A stretch of DNA of 64,000 bases from Dehalococcoidia bacterium (GCA_030740155.1 JASLXV010000080.1:45457-109456); one strand, 5' to 3'. Shown: positions 14,180 to 24,851, counted from the stretch's first letter. Numbers and translations: made by a program. The notes: generated by a model not told the origin, from the sequence alone.

Positions 14180-15523
14180 ATGGTGAAATTCCGCCTGGAT
14201 CCGGCCAACCTGACCTTTGCCGGCCAGAAGATTCATTACGCCTGGGTGGTGGTGGGGCTGGCGGCCTTGATGCGGCTGACCAGCTCTTCTTTCAGGACAT
14301 CCTCCAGTGTGTTGATCCCGCGGCTCGTGGAATCCTTTGGTTGGAGCTACGGCGCCGTGGGACTGGGGTTCTCCATCCAGTGGATCGTCTCCGGGCTTTT
14401 CGGCCCTCTGGCCGGCGGGATGGGCGACCGCTACGGCGTCCGGGTCACCATGGTGGTGGGAGCCCTCCTGTTCATTGCTGGCATGGTGCTAACTGGCACT
14501 ATGTCCCATTTGTGGCAGTTCTACCTCTTCTTTGGGGTCCTGCTCAGCTCCGCCATGGGAATATTCCAAGTACCTCTGACCGCGGCGGTTACCCTCTGGT
14601 TCAGGAAGCACCTGGGTGTTGGCATCGGCATTTTGCAGGCCTCTCAGGGCTTGGGGCCTCTGGTAGCTGTCCCCATTATGCTTTTCATCCTCAACTGGTT
14701 CGGAGGGGGAGTTGACGGCATCAGGGCGGCTTTCTGGCTCCCCGGGCTGGCTGGGGGGGCCGCCCTTCTCCTGCTGATAACGCTGTTCCACAATGAGCCG
14801 GCCGACCTGGGGCTTCGTCCCCTGGGCGCCTCGTCGGAGGAACTCATACGGAGGCTGCAAAGAGGTGAGGTGGCCCGAGCCAGAAGCAAGGCATTTCTCC
14901 ATCAGGTCCAGCGTACCACCACCTTCTGGAACCTGATCGGCATCCACTTCTGGGGATGCGCCGGCCACTCCATCATAATCGTCTACTTGGTGGCCATGGC
15001 CGAAGCCAAGGGCGTAACCGAGGCCGCAGCGGCCGGGACTTTCGTCGCCCTCACGGTGTCCAGTTCTATCACCCGGTTCGTGGTCCCCGTCGTCGCCGAC
15101 CGCGTGGGAAGCAAATGGGCCATGGGGACGAGTTTCTTCCTCCAGACCGCCCCGGTACTTATGCTCTTCTTCGCCAACGAGCCCTGGATGTTCTACGTTT
15201 TCGCCACCATGTTCGGTATCGGATTTGGCGGCGAGATGAGCGCTTTCCCCATAATCAACCGCCAGTACTACGGCGGCGCCCCCATCGGCGCCACCTTCGG
15301 CTGGCAGATGATGGGATCGGGCGTCGGCATGGCGGCAGGGTCCTTGGCCGGGGGGCAGCTGCGAGACCTGACCGGCGACTTCACTGCCACCATAGCTCTT
15401 TCTTTCACGATGAGCTTGATTGGCGTACTATCCATCCTACTGCTGCCTGCCACCACCCGTCCCTTGCTTCCCGACTGGGAGGAAGCGTTGCCCGAGGAGA
15501 TTCGCTCTCCCGCTCCGCCGTAG
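14180..15523 (+). CDS. MFS transporter
   Basis: About 12 hydrophobic segments, GGMGDRYGVR motif A, HYAWVVV N-terminus. Confidence 0.9.
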   Translation: MVKFRLDPANLTFAGQKIHYAWVVVGLAALMRLTSSSFRTSSSVLIPRLVESFGWSYGAVGLGFSIQWIVSGLFGPLAGGMGDRYGVRVTMVVGALLFIAGMVLTGTMSHLWQFYLFFGVLLSSAMGIFQVPLTAAVTLWFRKHLGVGIGILQASQGLGPLVAVPIMLFILNWFGGGVDGIRAAFWLPGLAGGAALLLLITLFHNEPADLGLRPLGASSEELIRRLQRGEVARARSKAFLHQVQRTTTFWNLIGIHFWGCAGHSIIIVYLVAMAEAKGVTEAAAAGTFVALTVSSSITRFVVPVVADRVGSKWAMGTSFFLQTAPVLMLFFANEPWMFYVFATMFGIGFGGEMSAFPIINRQYYGGAPIGATFGWQMMGSGVGMAAGSLAGGQLRDLTGDFTATIALSFTMSLIGVLSILLLPATTRPLLPDWEEALPEEIRSPAPP

Positions 15524-15664
15524 ACTCGTAGCGGCGTGGCGGGCCGTTCCGGGTTCGGGTTCCAGCGGCTTGGAGCAACATCTGATGCGGTTTCGTGCGA
15601 GCCTGAGGGCTTTGTGCTAAACTCCGGTGGCAGTTGGCAACTAGGCTCGAATGGAGGTGGCAAG

Positions 15665-17089
15665 ATGCTAGATTTGATCATTCGCGGCGGTCAGGTGGTA
15701 GCCCCATGGGGAGTGGGCGAATGGGACGTGGCGGTCCAGGGTGAGAAGATCGTCGCCGTCGCCGCCCCGGGGACCCTGACCGAAGATGCGGTCCGGATTA
15801 TTGACGCCTCCGGCAAGGTTGTCGTGCCCGGTGGAATCGAGCCGCATGCCCACATCGCCGCGCCGATAATGGGGCAGGGAGACCTGAAAACCGCTCCACC
15901 GGAGCAGGTGAGCCGGGCCGCGCTCTTCGGCGGCACCACCACCCTTCTGGACTTTGCCATCCAATTTCCCGGCACCGATGTCAACCAGGCAATCCAGGAG
16001 CGAACGTCCGTCTGGAAAGGGAAATCCTACTCCGACTACGCCCACCACTTAATGCTGTGCGGCGCGCTTTCGGACAACATGTTTGGCCAACTGGGTGAGG
16101 CTGTTGAAGACGGATTCTCCACGTTTAAGATCTTCACCACCAACGTCCGCCCGGCCTCCAGCTCAGGCGAGCCGCGCATGGTCCGCATGGGCCACCTGCA
16201 CGACCTCATGGAGCGGGTGCAGCGCCTGGGGGCCATGCTGATGGTCCACTCGGAGGACGACGACATGGTCCAGCACATGTACGAGAAGCTGGCCCAAGAG
16301 GAGCGAACCGAGTGGTGGAACATGCACTTGGTGCACAGCAACGAGTCCGAGGACGTGTCCATCCGGCGGGTGTTGCGGGTCTCCGAGTGGACCGGATCGC
16401 CGGTGTACTTCGTCCACGTGAGCGCCAAGCAGGGGCTGGAAGCGATACAGGAGGCCCGGGCCAAGGGGATGCCGGTCTACGGTGAGACCCTCCACAATTA
16501 CTGCTGCTTCAACTCCGACGACTACAAAGAGGAGTACGGGATGAAGTACCACACCTATCCCTCGCTCAAGTCGGAGGAAGACCGGAGGGCGCTCTGGGAC
16601 GGCATTGTTCGGGGCGGCCTGAGCACCATGGCCACCGACGAATACTGCACCTCTTGGAAGGTCAAGGTCGCCGGCAAGCTGGTATCCAACGTAACCGGGG
16701 GGCACAACGGCGCTGAAACCCGGCTCGGGATCACCTACAGCGAAGGGGTCTCCAAACGGGGGATGTCCCTGCAGCGGTTCGTAGACGTGACCTCGGCCAA
16801 CGCCGCCAAGATCATGGGGCTCTACCCGCGCAAGGGTGTCATCGCACCGGGCAGCGATGCCGACATCGTGTTCATCGACCCCGGCTTCAAGAGGCCGCTG
16901 GCCATGTCTGACTTCCACATCACGGACTACAGTATCTGGGAAGGGTTTGACGTCGCGGGCTGGCCGGTGCTGACGATTCTGCGGGGCAAGGTGGTGGTGG
17001 AGAACGGCGAACTCAAGTCCAGCCTGGGCAGCGGCAAGTTCATTCCTCGCAAGGTGGACCCGGAGTTCGCCAGCCGGCCTGCCTGCTAG
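15665..17089 (+). CDS. Dihydropyrimidinase/hydantoinase-like cyclic amidohydrolase
   Basis: DLIIRGG, PGGIEPHAH, GGTTT, FKIF lysine, PGSDADIV. Start after GGAGGT. Confidence 0.88.
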   Translation: MLDLIIRGGQVVAPWGVGEWDVAVQGEKIVAVAAPGTLTEDAVRIIDASGKVVVPGGIEPHAHIAAPIMGQGDLKTAPPEQVSRAALFGGTTTLLDFAIQFPGTDVNQAIQERTSVWKGKSYSDYAHHLMLCGALSDNMFGQLGEAVEDGFSTFKIFTTNVRPASSSGEPRMVRMGHLHDLMERVQRLGAMLMVHSEDDDMVQHMYEKLAQEERTEWWNMHLVHSNESEDVSIRRVLRVSEWTGSPVYFVHVSAKQGLEAIQEARAKGMPVYGETLHNYCCFNSDDYKEEYGMKYHTYPSLKSEEDRRALWDGIVRGGLSTMATDEYCTSWKVKVAGKLVSNVTGGHNGAETRLGITYSEGVSKRGMSLQRFVDVTSANAAKIMGLYPRKGVIAPGSDADIVFIDPGFKRPLAMSDFHITDYSIWEGFDVAGWPVLTILRGKVVVENGELKSSLGSGKFIPRKVDPEFASRPAC

Positions 17090-17192
17090 CCGCCCTGCGC
17101 CGCAGGCTGGGCTGAGGGGTGGCCAGCGCACCACCGGATGCAGTTGGCCACCGGCAGCATTGCGCGATTCCGTCTAAAAGGACCGCCGCGCC

Positions 17193-17621
17193 TCAGTTGT
17201 TGGGCGCCCCCTCCCGAATCCACTCCACGAGCAGGGCAATATCCTGGTCCGGGAGGGGCGAACCGGCCAGAGGCATCCGCGGCTGAAGCTCCCCGGTGAG
17301 CCGCTGGACCAGGATGCTTTTTGCCGGGTCGCCCGGCACGACTACCTGGTTGGCAGTGCTCCCCGCCATCAATGAGTCGTAGGAGTCTAGGTAAAGACCC
17401 ATCTGGCCGCCGTGGCATCGAACACAGTTCCTCGTCAAGATAGGGCGTACGTCCCTGCTGAAGCTCACAACAGCCTGACCGCCCGGGGTCGACGTGGGTG
17501 CGGGGGTTACCGCGGGACGCGGCGCCACGGGCGCCATCATTCCCCGGTTCGACATCATCCCGCAGGATCCCAATAAGGCCGCCAACGCCACTAGGAGAAC
17601 GATCAAATACGATGATCGCAT
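17193..17621 (-). CDS. Lipoprotein with planctomycete-type cytochrome c domain
   Basis: Lipobox LLGSC, FSRDVRPIL, CVRCH heme motif, RMP axial Met, WIREGA. Confidence 0.85.
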   Translation of the reverse strand: MRSSYLIVLLVALAALLGSCGMMSNRGMMAPVAPRPAVTPAPTSTPGGQAVVSFSRDVRPILTRNCVRCHGGQMGLYLDSYDSLMAGSTANQVVVPGDPAKSILVQRLTGELQPRMPLAGSPLPDQDIALLVEWIREGAPNN

Positions 17622-17813
17622 CGCTGGGACCCCAGTGTCCCCGCCCCACCTTTTTAGCCACGAGGGACTGTCGATGTTTCATCGACACCTTCGTTGAATC
17701 AACATAACGCGGCTTTCCGCCGTGTCCTTGGCCCCAGCATGATCACGGGGACCCGCGGACGCCATCGGCAACCTGGCGCTTGGGATACTCAAGAAGCTCC
17801 CACATCGAGCCGG

Positions 17814-19241
17814 CTATCCCCGTAGCACTCCGTGGCGCTCCAGGATGCGGGCCAGTTCGGCCACGCCGTCGGAGATCGTCTGGGCCGAGGGGTGGCCGAA
17901 GCACAGCCGGATGCAGTTGGCCCCCCGGCCTTCCGGCGAGAATTGGCTACCGTTGTAGTAGCTGACCCCTTCGTTGAAAACCTGCTCCTGGATCGCGGCC
18001 AGGTCGGCGCCCTCGGGGAACTCCACCCATATGTACAGCCCGCCCTCGGGTTTGCTCCAGGTGGCGGCGCTGCCAAAATTCTCGCCCAGGGAGGCCAGCA
18101 TCGCGTCCCGTTTCACCCTTAGCGACCGGTTCTGCTCGTCGATGTGCTGGTACATGTCGTGCTTAAGGTACTCCTCCAGGGCCAGCGCCGCAAACTCGTT
18201 GACCCCCCCGCCGGCTTTGAAGCCGATGGCCCGTTGCACCACCGCCTCGGGGGCGACCAGGTAGCCCATCCGCATGCCCGGCGCGACCAGCTTGGAAAAG
18301 GAGCCGACGTACATCACCCGGCCCGTCTCGTCCAGCGAGTGGAATGAGGTCACGTCCTCCCCTTCGAAGCGCAGGTCCACGTAGCAATCGTCCTCGAAAA
18401 TCGGGACCCCGTATTCCCTGGTGATGTCCAGAATCCGGTGTCGCCGTTCCAGGGGCAGAGTCCAGCCCAAGGGGTTCTGGAAAGCGGGTATGGTGTAGAG
18501 GTACTTGGGTTTCTTGCCCTCACCCGAAAGCCGCTTCAGGGTCGCCTCCAGCTCCTCGGGTACGATGCCCTGGTTGTCGCACTTGAGGCTCACCACGTCC
18601 GCGCCATAGCGCCGGAGCTGGCGCAGGCTGCCCAGGTAGACAAACTCCTCGGCGAGCACCACGTCTCCCGGATCGGTCAAAGTCTGTATGAGCATCGCGA
18701 TGGCCTCGCCGGAGCCGGCGGTCAGGACCACGTCGCCTGGGCTCACCGTCATGTTGCGGTCGCGGGTCAGCTTCTCGGCCACCAGCTGGCGGAGGGACAA
18801 CAGCCCGGCGGCCGCGGGATAGTAGGCCAGGTCCCTTCCCTCCCGGTCGAGTGCTACCTTGAGGGCGTCGGCCAACCCCTCCAAAGGCAACGTGTCGGGG
18901 TCGGGATAGGCCACCGCGAAGTCGTACTTGGCCCGACGCGGAGCGGCGGCGGGGGTCACCGTGGTGTTCTTGGCAAACAGGCTGTCATAGGTGAAACGGC
19001 GCGACTCTTCCAATACTGCCTCCCGGTGGCTTGAATCTATTGCGAATCCGGCATTGTCTCGCCCGGTTTCCTCCGAGCATGGAGTTTCCAGCGTCCTTCC
19101 ATCATACATGGGCATACTGGGGTTGAAAACCGGGGTAGCGGCCAGGGGTGCCGGCCATGTTGATCCAACGTCGTGCCGGAGGTGGCCGGGGCGAGAGGCC
19201 CAGGGACAGGCGCTGGAAACAACGGGAAAGCGCCGGTTCAT
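17814..19241 (-). CDS. PLP-dependent aminotransferase class I/II (LysN/MocR-like catalytic domain); start uncertain
   Basis: FQNPLG, EDDCY, GSFSKLVAPGMRMG, PEGGLY, IRLCF. Confidence 0.88.
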   Translation of the reverse strand: MNRRFPVVSSACPWASRPGHLRHDVGSTWPAPLAATPVFNPSMPMYDGRTLETPCSEETGRDNAGFAIDSSHREAVLEESRRFTYDSLFAKNTTVTPAAAPRRAKYDFAVAYPDPDTLPLEGLADALKVALDREGRDLAYYPAAAGLLSLRQLVAEKLTRDRNMTVSPGDVVLTAGSGEAIAMLIQTLTDPGDVVLAEEFVYLGSLRQLRRYGADVVSLKCDNQGIVPEELEATLKRLSGEGKKPKYLYTIPAFQNPLGWTLPLERRHRILDITREYGVPIFEDDCYVDLRFEGEDVTSFHSLDETGRVMYVGSFSKLVAPGMRMGYLVAPEAVVQRAIGFKAGGGVNEFAALALEEYLKHDMYQHIDEQNRSLRVKRDAMLASLGENFGSAATWSKPEGGLYIWVEFPEGADLAAIQEQVFNEGVSYYNGSQFSPEGRGANCIRLCFGHPSAQTISDGVAELARILERHGVLRG

Positions 19242-19342
19242 AGACCGGCACCTCGCTAGTGGCTTGGCCCCCGGTCGGTCATCACTATGATCCGGACAAG
19301 AAATGGCTCGATAACCGTCCCGTCATCCTGGCGAGGCTTCTC

Positions 19343-19480
19343 TGGGTTCCGGCCTTCGCCGGAAAGACGATGGTAGGGGTGGCTCCCGGTCTCCGCTGGG
19401 ATGACGAGAGTAGGGGTGGATTCCGGCCTTCGCCGGAATGACGGTGGTGGGGCTTGATTCCGGCCTTTGCTGGGACGCTG
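19343..19480. repeat. Four tandem degenerate copies of a palindromic REP-like unit (TGGATTCCGGCCTTCGCCGGAATGACG), period 37 bp
   Basis: Copies start at 19343, 19380, 19417 and 19454; a related inverted pair lies at about 44405-44478. Confidence 0.8.
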
Positions 19481-19606
19481 GTTTGGTAAGGGAGTGTCGC
19501 CCGGTGTTGCCGATGCAAAGCTATCTACGTGCCTGTACCCTTCAACGCGATCATCCATGGCGCCACGGATTGCCCGGACGGGCCAGAGGGTATCCCTGCC
19601 GGGCGG

Positions 19607-20437
19607 CTAGCCGGGCAGTTTCAAAAGGCGGGCTGCATTGCGGTATTCCACTTTCTCCCGGACCTCGTCGCGCAAAGGGAGCTTGCGGAAGGCGTCCACC
19701 ATCGGCTTGAGCGGGACGATGGGAAAGGCGGTGCCGAATAGCAGGCGGTCGGCCAGATAGGTGTTGGCCGCCTCAACCCAATGCTGGTATCCGGGCATGC
19801 TCACGCCGTAGGCGTCCGGGACGAGGTAGACGTTCGGGCGCCGGAGGGCAACTCCCAAGCATTCCATAACCCAGGGCCAGCATGCATGGCGGACGACCAG
19901 ATTCACGGTGGGAAAATCGGCCGCGACACGGTCCAGATGGACCGGATTGGAGTACGAGATATCCGAACCCACCAGAGCGCTGAGGGTAAACAACACCAGG
20001 GCTCCCCGCTCCCGGCATAGCTCGTAGATCGGGTAAAGCTTGGGGTCGTCGGGGTACAGGGGCGGTACCCCCATGCTCGGTTCCACCGCTATGCCGATCA
20101 ATCCCAGGTCGTCCAGACAGTGCTTGGTCTCCGCCAGGGCCTGACTCAAGTTCGTGAATTGGACTCCCGCAAACGCGGTGAACTTGCCCGCGTACTCTTG
20201 CATCACCCCGGTCAGGTCCTCGTTCTTGGTGCCGACGCTGGGCCGGCCGTGGCACACTCCGTGCACGATCCCGGCATCATCCATCTCCTTCAGGAGCAAG
20301 CCCATGGAGAACTGCACCGCCGCCGGGGACACGGTCATGCCGATCCGGGGCGCGAAGTTGTCCTCGGGCTTCTTTTGATACTGCTCCAGGTTGGTCAAGG
20401 ACTTGTAGGGCGGCCTGAGGCTGAAGTCGATAATCAT
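19607..20437 (-). CDS. Amidohydrolase_2 family protein
   Basis: MIIDF, LYPIYELC, HACWPW, RLLFGTAFP, YRNAARLL. Confidence 0.85.
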   Translation of the reverse strand: MIIDFSLRPPYKSLTNLEQYQKKPEDNFAPRIGMTVSPAAVQFSMGLLLKEMDDAGIVHGVCHGRPSVGTKNEDLTGVMQEYAGKFTAFAGVQFTNLSQALAETKHCLDDLGLIGIAVEPSMGVPPLYPDDPKLYPIYELCRERGALVLFTLSALVGSDISYSNPVHLDRVAADFPTVNLVVRHACWPWVMECLGVALRRPNVYLVPDAYGVSMPGYQHWVEAANTYLADRLLFGTAFPIVPLKPMVDAFRKLPLRDEVREKVEYRNAARLLKLPG

Positions 20438-20772
20438 AGCTCTGGACCTCGTGACTGTGATTGGCCGGTCTCACGCTGGCTGACGGCGCTGAGACCGTCG
20501 GAGGACGGCTTGTCCCGGTTCGCGGGGATTACGATGGCCGGATAGGACCGGCCTGCGCCGCTGCCATCATACGCCTTTCCACTTTGGCCCTCAAACGGGA
20601 TTCCGGTGGGCGCTCCCCTATCCACGACAGAGGACCCAGGCCGGCAAGTGATTGGCCGAAAACCGTCGTGGGGGTGCATGAAAATCCCCCCGGCCCCGTT
20701 CGGGAAGGGGCGCCAAGGGGGATCTAGTTCAGGCTCATCGGATGCGGAGTTTTCGCCGCGCTCGGCGGTTGA

Positions 20773-21846
20773 TTACAGGTTGAACTGGGGCTCCAAGTAC
20801 TCCTTCAGCTTGTTATAGATTTGCAGCCGGCCGCGTTGGGTATCCATCACGATGAGACGGCCATTGCCTTTATCAAAGAAGACTCCCGCGGGCACGGAGA
20901 ACCGCCACTCCGGCTCGGTGGAGCGCACCCGGCGGCGGGCCTTGATCAAGTCCACGTTTGCTTCCACCGTCATCATGGCCCACTTGGATAGCTCCTGGGC
21001 GTCTCCGATAAGGCTGGTGATGAACCGTCCGTCCGGGTCGAAGATGTGCACCCGGCCCGGCTCCATGCCGTTGTTGCTCCAGTCGCTGACGTACACGTCC
21101 CCTTCCGGGTCGACCGCGACGCCGGTGGGGTAGTAGAGCTTCCCGGAACCGGTGGCGCCGCCGAACTGGGCGATCCACTTCCCGCCCGCCGAGAATTTCT
21201 GGGCCCGGTGGTTCCGGTGGTCGGCCACGTACACGCACCCCTGGTGGTCCACGGTGATGCCCCAGGGGGAGTCGAACTGGCCGTCCCCGGCGCCGTAGCT
21301 GCCCCAACTGGCAAGCGGCCGTCCGTCCTTGGTGAATTTGCGGACCTGATGCCTGCGGCCGCCGACAACGTATAGGTTTTCGTCGGAGTCCATGGCGAGG
21401 CCGGAGGCTCCGTAGGGCTCGTTGTCGGCGCCATCCAGCACGTTCCAGTTGGATAGAAAGCCCCCGTCCTTATCGAAGATGGTGACCCGGTCGAGCCACT
21501 CGTCGGTAATATAGACGTTTCCCCGGCCGTCGGCGGCGATCCCCGATCCCCAGATGAACTCACCGTCCCCGTCGCCATAGTTGCTGAATTCCCCCAGGTA
21601 CTCTTCATCGCCGGCGCCGGCGCCGGCGGTAAACATGCTCACCCGGGCCCCGACTCCCGTATGGTTCCAGCCAACACTGCTGATGCTCTCACTTCCCCGG
21701 TTGATCACGTACATGACGCCGTCCGCGCCCAGGGCCGCCGATTGGGGGTTGGTGAACCCCATCCCTCCTCCCGCGGCACTCCGTCCCACACAATGGCTGT
21801 AATCGTAGATTCGCCCGGCTACTACCTGCGTAAGCATCTCTGTCAC
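20773..21846 (-). CDS. NHL-repeat beta-propeller protein
   Basis: Repeated GxGxGQFxxPxGIxVD/NVYxxD units. Confidence 0.88.
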   Translation of the reverse strand: MTEMLTQVVAGRIYDYSHCVGRSAAGGGMGFTNPQSAALGADGVMYVINRGSESISSVGWNHTGVGARVSMFTAGAGAGDEEYLGEFSNYGDGDGEFIWGSGIAADGRGNVYITDEWLDRVTIFDKDGGFLSNWNVLDGADNEPYGASGLAMDSDENLYVVGGRRHQVRKFTKDGRPLASWGSYGAGDGQFDSPWGITVDHQGCVYVADHRNHRAQKFSAGGKWIAQFGGATGSGKLYYPTGVAVDPEGDVYVSDWSNNGMEPGRVHIFDPDGRFITSLIGDAQELSKWAMMTVEANVDLIKARRRVRSTEPEWRFSVPAGVFFDKGNGRLIVMDTQRGRLQIYNKLKEYLEPQFNL

Positions 21847-21871
21847 CCCGTGAGTTTGTCGTTAGTTGTCG

Positions 21872-23002
21872 TTAATTAAGGAAGCTGATCTTCTCGAATG
21901 CACCTTCCACCAGGGGTTTGGCGTCCAGGTGCAGCCAGTCCTCCAGGATGGTGGTGTACAGCCCCCGGAAGTCCACGTTGGGGACCACGTCGCCTTGCTC
22001 CAAGTCCGCCGCTTTCAGGGAGGGGTACTCGCTGTATAGGCCGCCCTTCACCCGGTCGCCGATAACGAAGGCAGCCCCGGCGGCGCCGTGGTCGGTGCCG
22101 GAGCCGTTGTCGTGGGTCCGGCGCCCGAACTCGCTGAAGAGGAACATGATCACGTTGTCGGCGGCGTCATGCTCCCGCAGGTCATCGAAGAAGCACTCGA
22201 CGCCCGCCGAGACGTCTTTCCACAGCTTGTCGAGCATGCCTACCTGGTTGGAGTGGCTGTCGAAGGTGCCGTGGTCGCAGTACAGGACGCGGGTGCCAAA
22301 GCCGGCCAGGTGAATCTGGGCGATGCCCTTGAGCTTCTTGGCGATGGCGGTGTTGGGATACTCGACGGTGGAGGAGTAAATCTTGGGGGCTTCCTTCAAG
22401 ATATCGGCGCCTTTCAGTGTGTCCAGCCCGGTCTGGCCCAGGTAGTCCATCACCGCGCCGCTCCCGATAGCGGGGGAATACATGCGGGCGAACCGGTCCA
22501 GGATACGGGCCCGCTGCCGCTCCTCGGAGATGCCCGTCAACAGCCCGTAGGTATCCAAGTCGTCCACGCAGGCCACCGGAACCCCCGGCAGCACCAGCGA
22601 CCGGAAGAGAGTGGAACCGAAGCTGACGACGGTCAGGACGTTTTCCTTGTTGGGGTCGATCTCCCGGGCGGCTCGTCCCAGCCACCCCTCGGTGCCCAGC
22701 TTGTTCGGCTCGCACGTGTGCCAGATGTCCATGGACCGGAAATGAGACCGGGGGGAATTGGCGTAGCCCACGCCGTGAATGATGGCGACGTCGCCCCTAT
22801 CATACAGGGTTTTGATGGGCGCCATCTCGGGATGGAAACCCACGTGGTCGTCCAGCGGAAGTATCCGGTCTTCAGGAACCCCAACCGCGGGACGGTTGTC
22901 GCGGTACAGAGGGTTGGCGTAGGGGATAACCGTGTTCAGGTAGTCGTTTCCGCCGGTTAGCTGGAGAACCACCAGGACCGGGTCTTTCTTAGTGCTGGTC
23001 AT
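21872..23002 (-). CDS. DUF1501 family protein
   Basis: LVVLQLTGGNDYLN, RSHFRS, FDSH, SEFGRR, GTDHG, DFRGLY. Confidence 0.9.
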   Translation of the reverse strand: MTSTKKDPVLVVLQLTGGNDYLNTVIPYANPLYRDNRPAVGVPEDRILPLDDHVGFHPEMAPIKTLYDRGDVAIIHGVGYANSPRSHFRSMDIWHTCEPNKLGTEGWLGRAAREIDPNKENVLTVVSFGSTLFRSLVLPGVPVACVDDLDTYGLLTGISEERQRARILDRFARMYSPAIGSGAVMDYLGQTGLDTLKGADILKEAPKIYSSTVEYPNTAIAKKLKGIAQIHLAGFGTRVLYCDHGTFDSHSNQVGMLDKLWKDVSAGVECFFDDLREHDAADNVIMFLFSEFGRRTHDNGSGTDHGAAGAAFVIGDRVKGGLYSEYPSLKAADLEQGDVVPNVDFRGLYTTILEDWLHLDAKPLVEGAFEKISFLN

Positions 23003-23078
23003 CTCCTTACTCCTTTTCGAAATTCATGAGCCGGTGAATAGGTTGGGCTCGGACTCGCCCAAGCGGCCGATTTTGGGT

Positions 23079-23106
23079 TTGACTCTCGGCCGAGGCCGAG
23101 AGTCAA
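23079..23106. terminator. Perfect intergenic hairpin
   Basis: TTGACTCTCGGC-cgag-GCCGAGAGTCAA with a T-run on the + strand side. Confidence 0.55.
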
Positions 23107-23130
23107 TCTTTTTCACGAACCCTATGCGTC

Positions 23131-24534
23131 CTATGCGTATTGATATTCCCGCAGCGCCACGATGAGCTGCAACAGCTCACTGGTTCTGCGGGTAGAAGAT
23201 TGGGTGGCCTCTTCCGTATCCCAGCGGAACTGGCCGTCTTCGCCGGCGAAGCCCACCAGCTCCTGGCGGCTCTCCGGAGTGACCTCGAGGGGCCCCATCA
23301 GGTCCAGGCAGCCGTCCACCAACTGCTCGGCGGTCAGATCGCCCCGGGCCTTCAGCCGGGTGATGAGAGACTGGATGCCGGGACGGGTCACGTCGCCCAC
23401 CAGGTCGGCGGTGAAATTGATTCGCCGCGCCAGGGAGCCGCTGTTGATCCACTCGGCGCCGGTATGCCAGCCCTCAACACTGGGGGGATTCAGCAGTTCC
23501 TGCCCCATGTAGCCGGGTTGCCGGGACAACTCACCGATACCCGGAGCGGGAAATTCGGCGCCGCCTACCAAGCGCAAAGTGCCTACGACCACCTCGGCCG
23601 GGCTCTTTATCTTGGCGAACCGGGCGTTCTTGAAGAAGTCCGAGTTGAACAGCACCCGCAGCATCGAGCGAATGTCGTAGCCGGACTCGACCAGGGTCTT
23701 GGACAGGAGGTCGATGGCCTCCGGGTCCCGCGGCGGGGTGACCGACCAGGCGGGCACTTGGGCCTCGTCGGCGACGAAGTAGTTGTACAGATGCCGGGCC
23801 ACGAACCGGGAGGTTGCCGGCTGATCACAGACAATCCGGATGATGTCTTCACCGTTGAGCCGGCCGGTCTCGCCCAAGAAGGTTTTTTCGCCGTCGTCGT
23901 GGTCTTCTTCGCGGTACTCAAATTCCCAGTCGTACCGGCCGATGGGGAACCGGGGCAGCTTGGGGATAATGGTCCACCCGGTGAAGGCCCGGGAGCACTC
24001 TCTTACGTCCACCTCGGTGTAGTTGCCTACGCCCATGCTGAACAGCTCCAGCAGCTCCCGGCCCCAGTTCTCGTTGACCGCAACCGCGTGGTTCTCGCAG
24101 TTGTCCAGCCAGTAGATCATGGCCGGGTCCTTGGATAGCGCCATCAGCAGCTCCCGGTAATCCCCCATGCCCTTCTTGCGAAACATGAAGAGCTGGTCCA
24201 TCAGCTCGTCGTAGTGGTCCACCTTGGAAACCCCGGCGGCGAACACCCCATGCCAGAACAGCGCCATCTTCTCTTCCAGGGGCCGCTTGGTGGTGATCAT
24301 ATCGTGCATCCACTCGGCGGCGCCCATGCCGGGCAGGGTACCGGGCCGGAAGATCCACGGGTGGTACCGGATCATCTCGAACCTATCCAGGGGCTCCTGC
24401 GCCTCGGGGTGCAGCAGCTCCTCAACCGTCGCCTCGTACCCTTTCGCGGCTCGGGTTTCGAGTTCCTCGCGGGGCGCGCCAAAGCCGGCGCGGCGCATCA
24501 AATGGGCCATCAAACCAATCTTTTGGTCAGCCAC
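23131..24534 (-). CDS. DUF1800 family protein
   Basis: HLMRRAGFG, EKMALFWH, NENWGRELLELFSMG, RAFTGW, PPSVEGW. GTG start after GGCAAGGA. Confidence 0.9.
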   Translation of the reverse strand: MADQKIGLMAHLMRRAGFGAPREELETRAAKGYEATVEELLHPEAQEPLDRFEMIRYHPWIFRPGTLPGMGAAEWMHDMITTKRPLEEKMALFWHGVFAAGVSKVDHYDELMDQLFMFRKKGMGDYRELLMALSKDPAMIYWLDNCENHAVAVNENWGRELLELFSMGVGNYTEVDVRECSRAFTGWTIIPKLPRFPIGRYDWEFEYREEDHDDGEKTFLGETGRLNGEDIIRIVCDQPATSRFVARHLYNYFVADEAQVPAWSVTPPRDPEAIDLLSKTLVESGYDIRSMLRVLFNSDFFKNARFAKIKSPAEVVVGTLRLVGGAEFPAPGIGELSRQPGYMGQELLNPPSVEGWHTGAEWINSGSLARRINFTADLVGDVTRPGIQSLITRLKARGDLTAEQLVDGCLDLMGPLEVTPESRQELVGFAGEDGQFRWDTEEATQSSTRRTSELLQLIVALREYQYA

Positions 24535-24851
24535 TTCCTTGCCCCCTTTGTATAGAGTGATATTCCGGATAGAGGTCGGACCGGCTCGCTGTCCACGCCC
24601 GGTTGGCTGAAACTTTTCTTGAATGTTTTCCAAATAATAATGGGACGCAACCTAACTGTCAACGGATGCGTCCCAAATGATCCAAAGCTGCCGGCGGGGC
24701 ATTCTCACCTGGAGAGAAGGAAACCGCAGTCCTCGCCTTTCTTCGCCGGTGGGCGCCCTCCCATTGCCCGATTTCGGAGATAGCCGTTAGGCTCATCCGT
24801 TCGCCCTGGGTTTGTCGATGAGCCGGCAATGCCCTTTGTCGAGGGGAGGTG

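Noticed and set aside
19343..19480. CRISPR array
   Set aside because: Linkers are only about 10 nt and resemble each other, repeats are degenerate, and no cas genes are present
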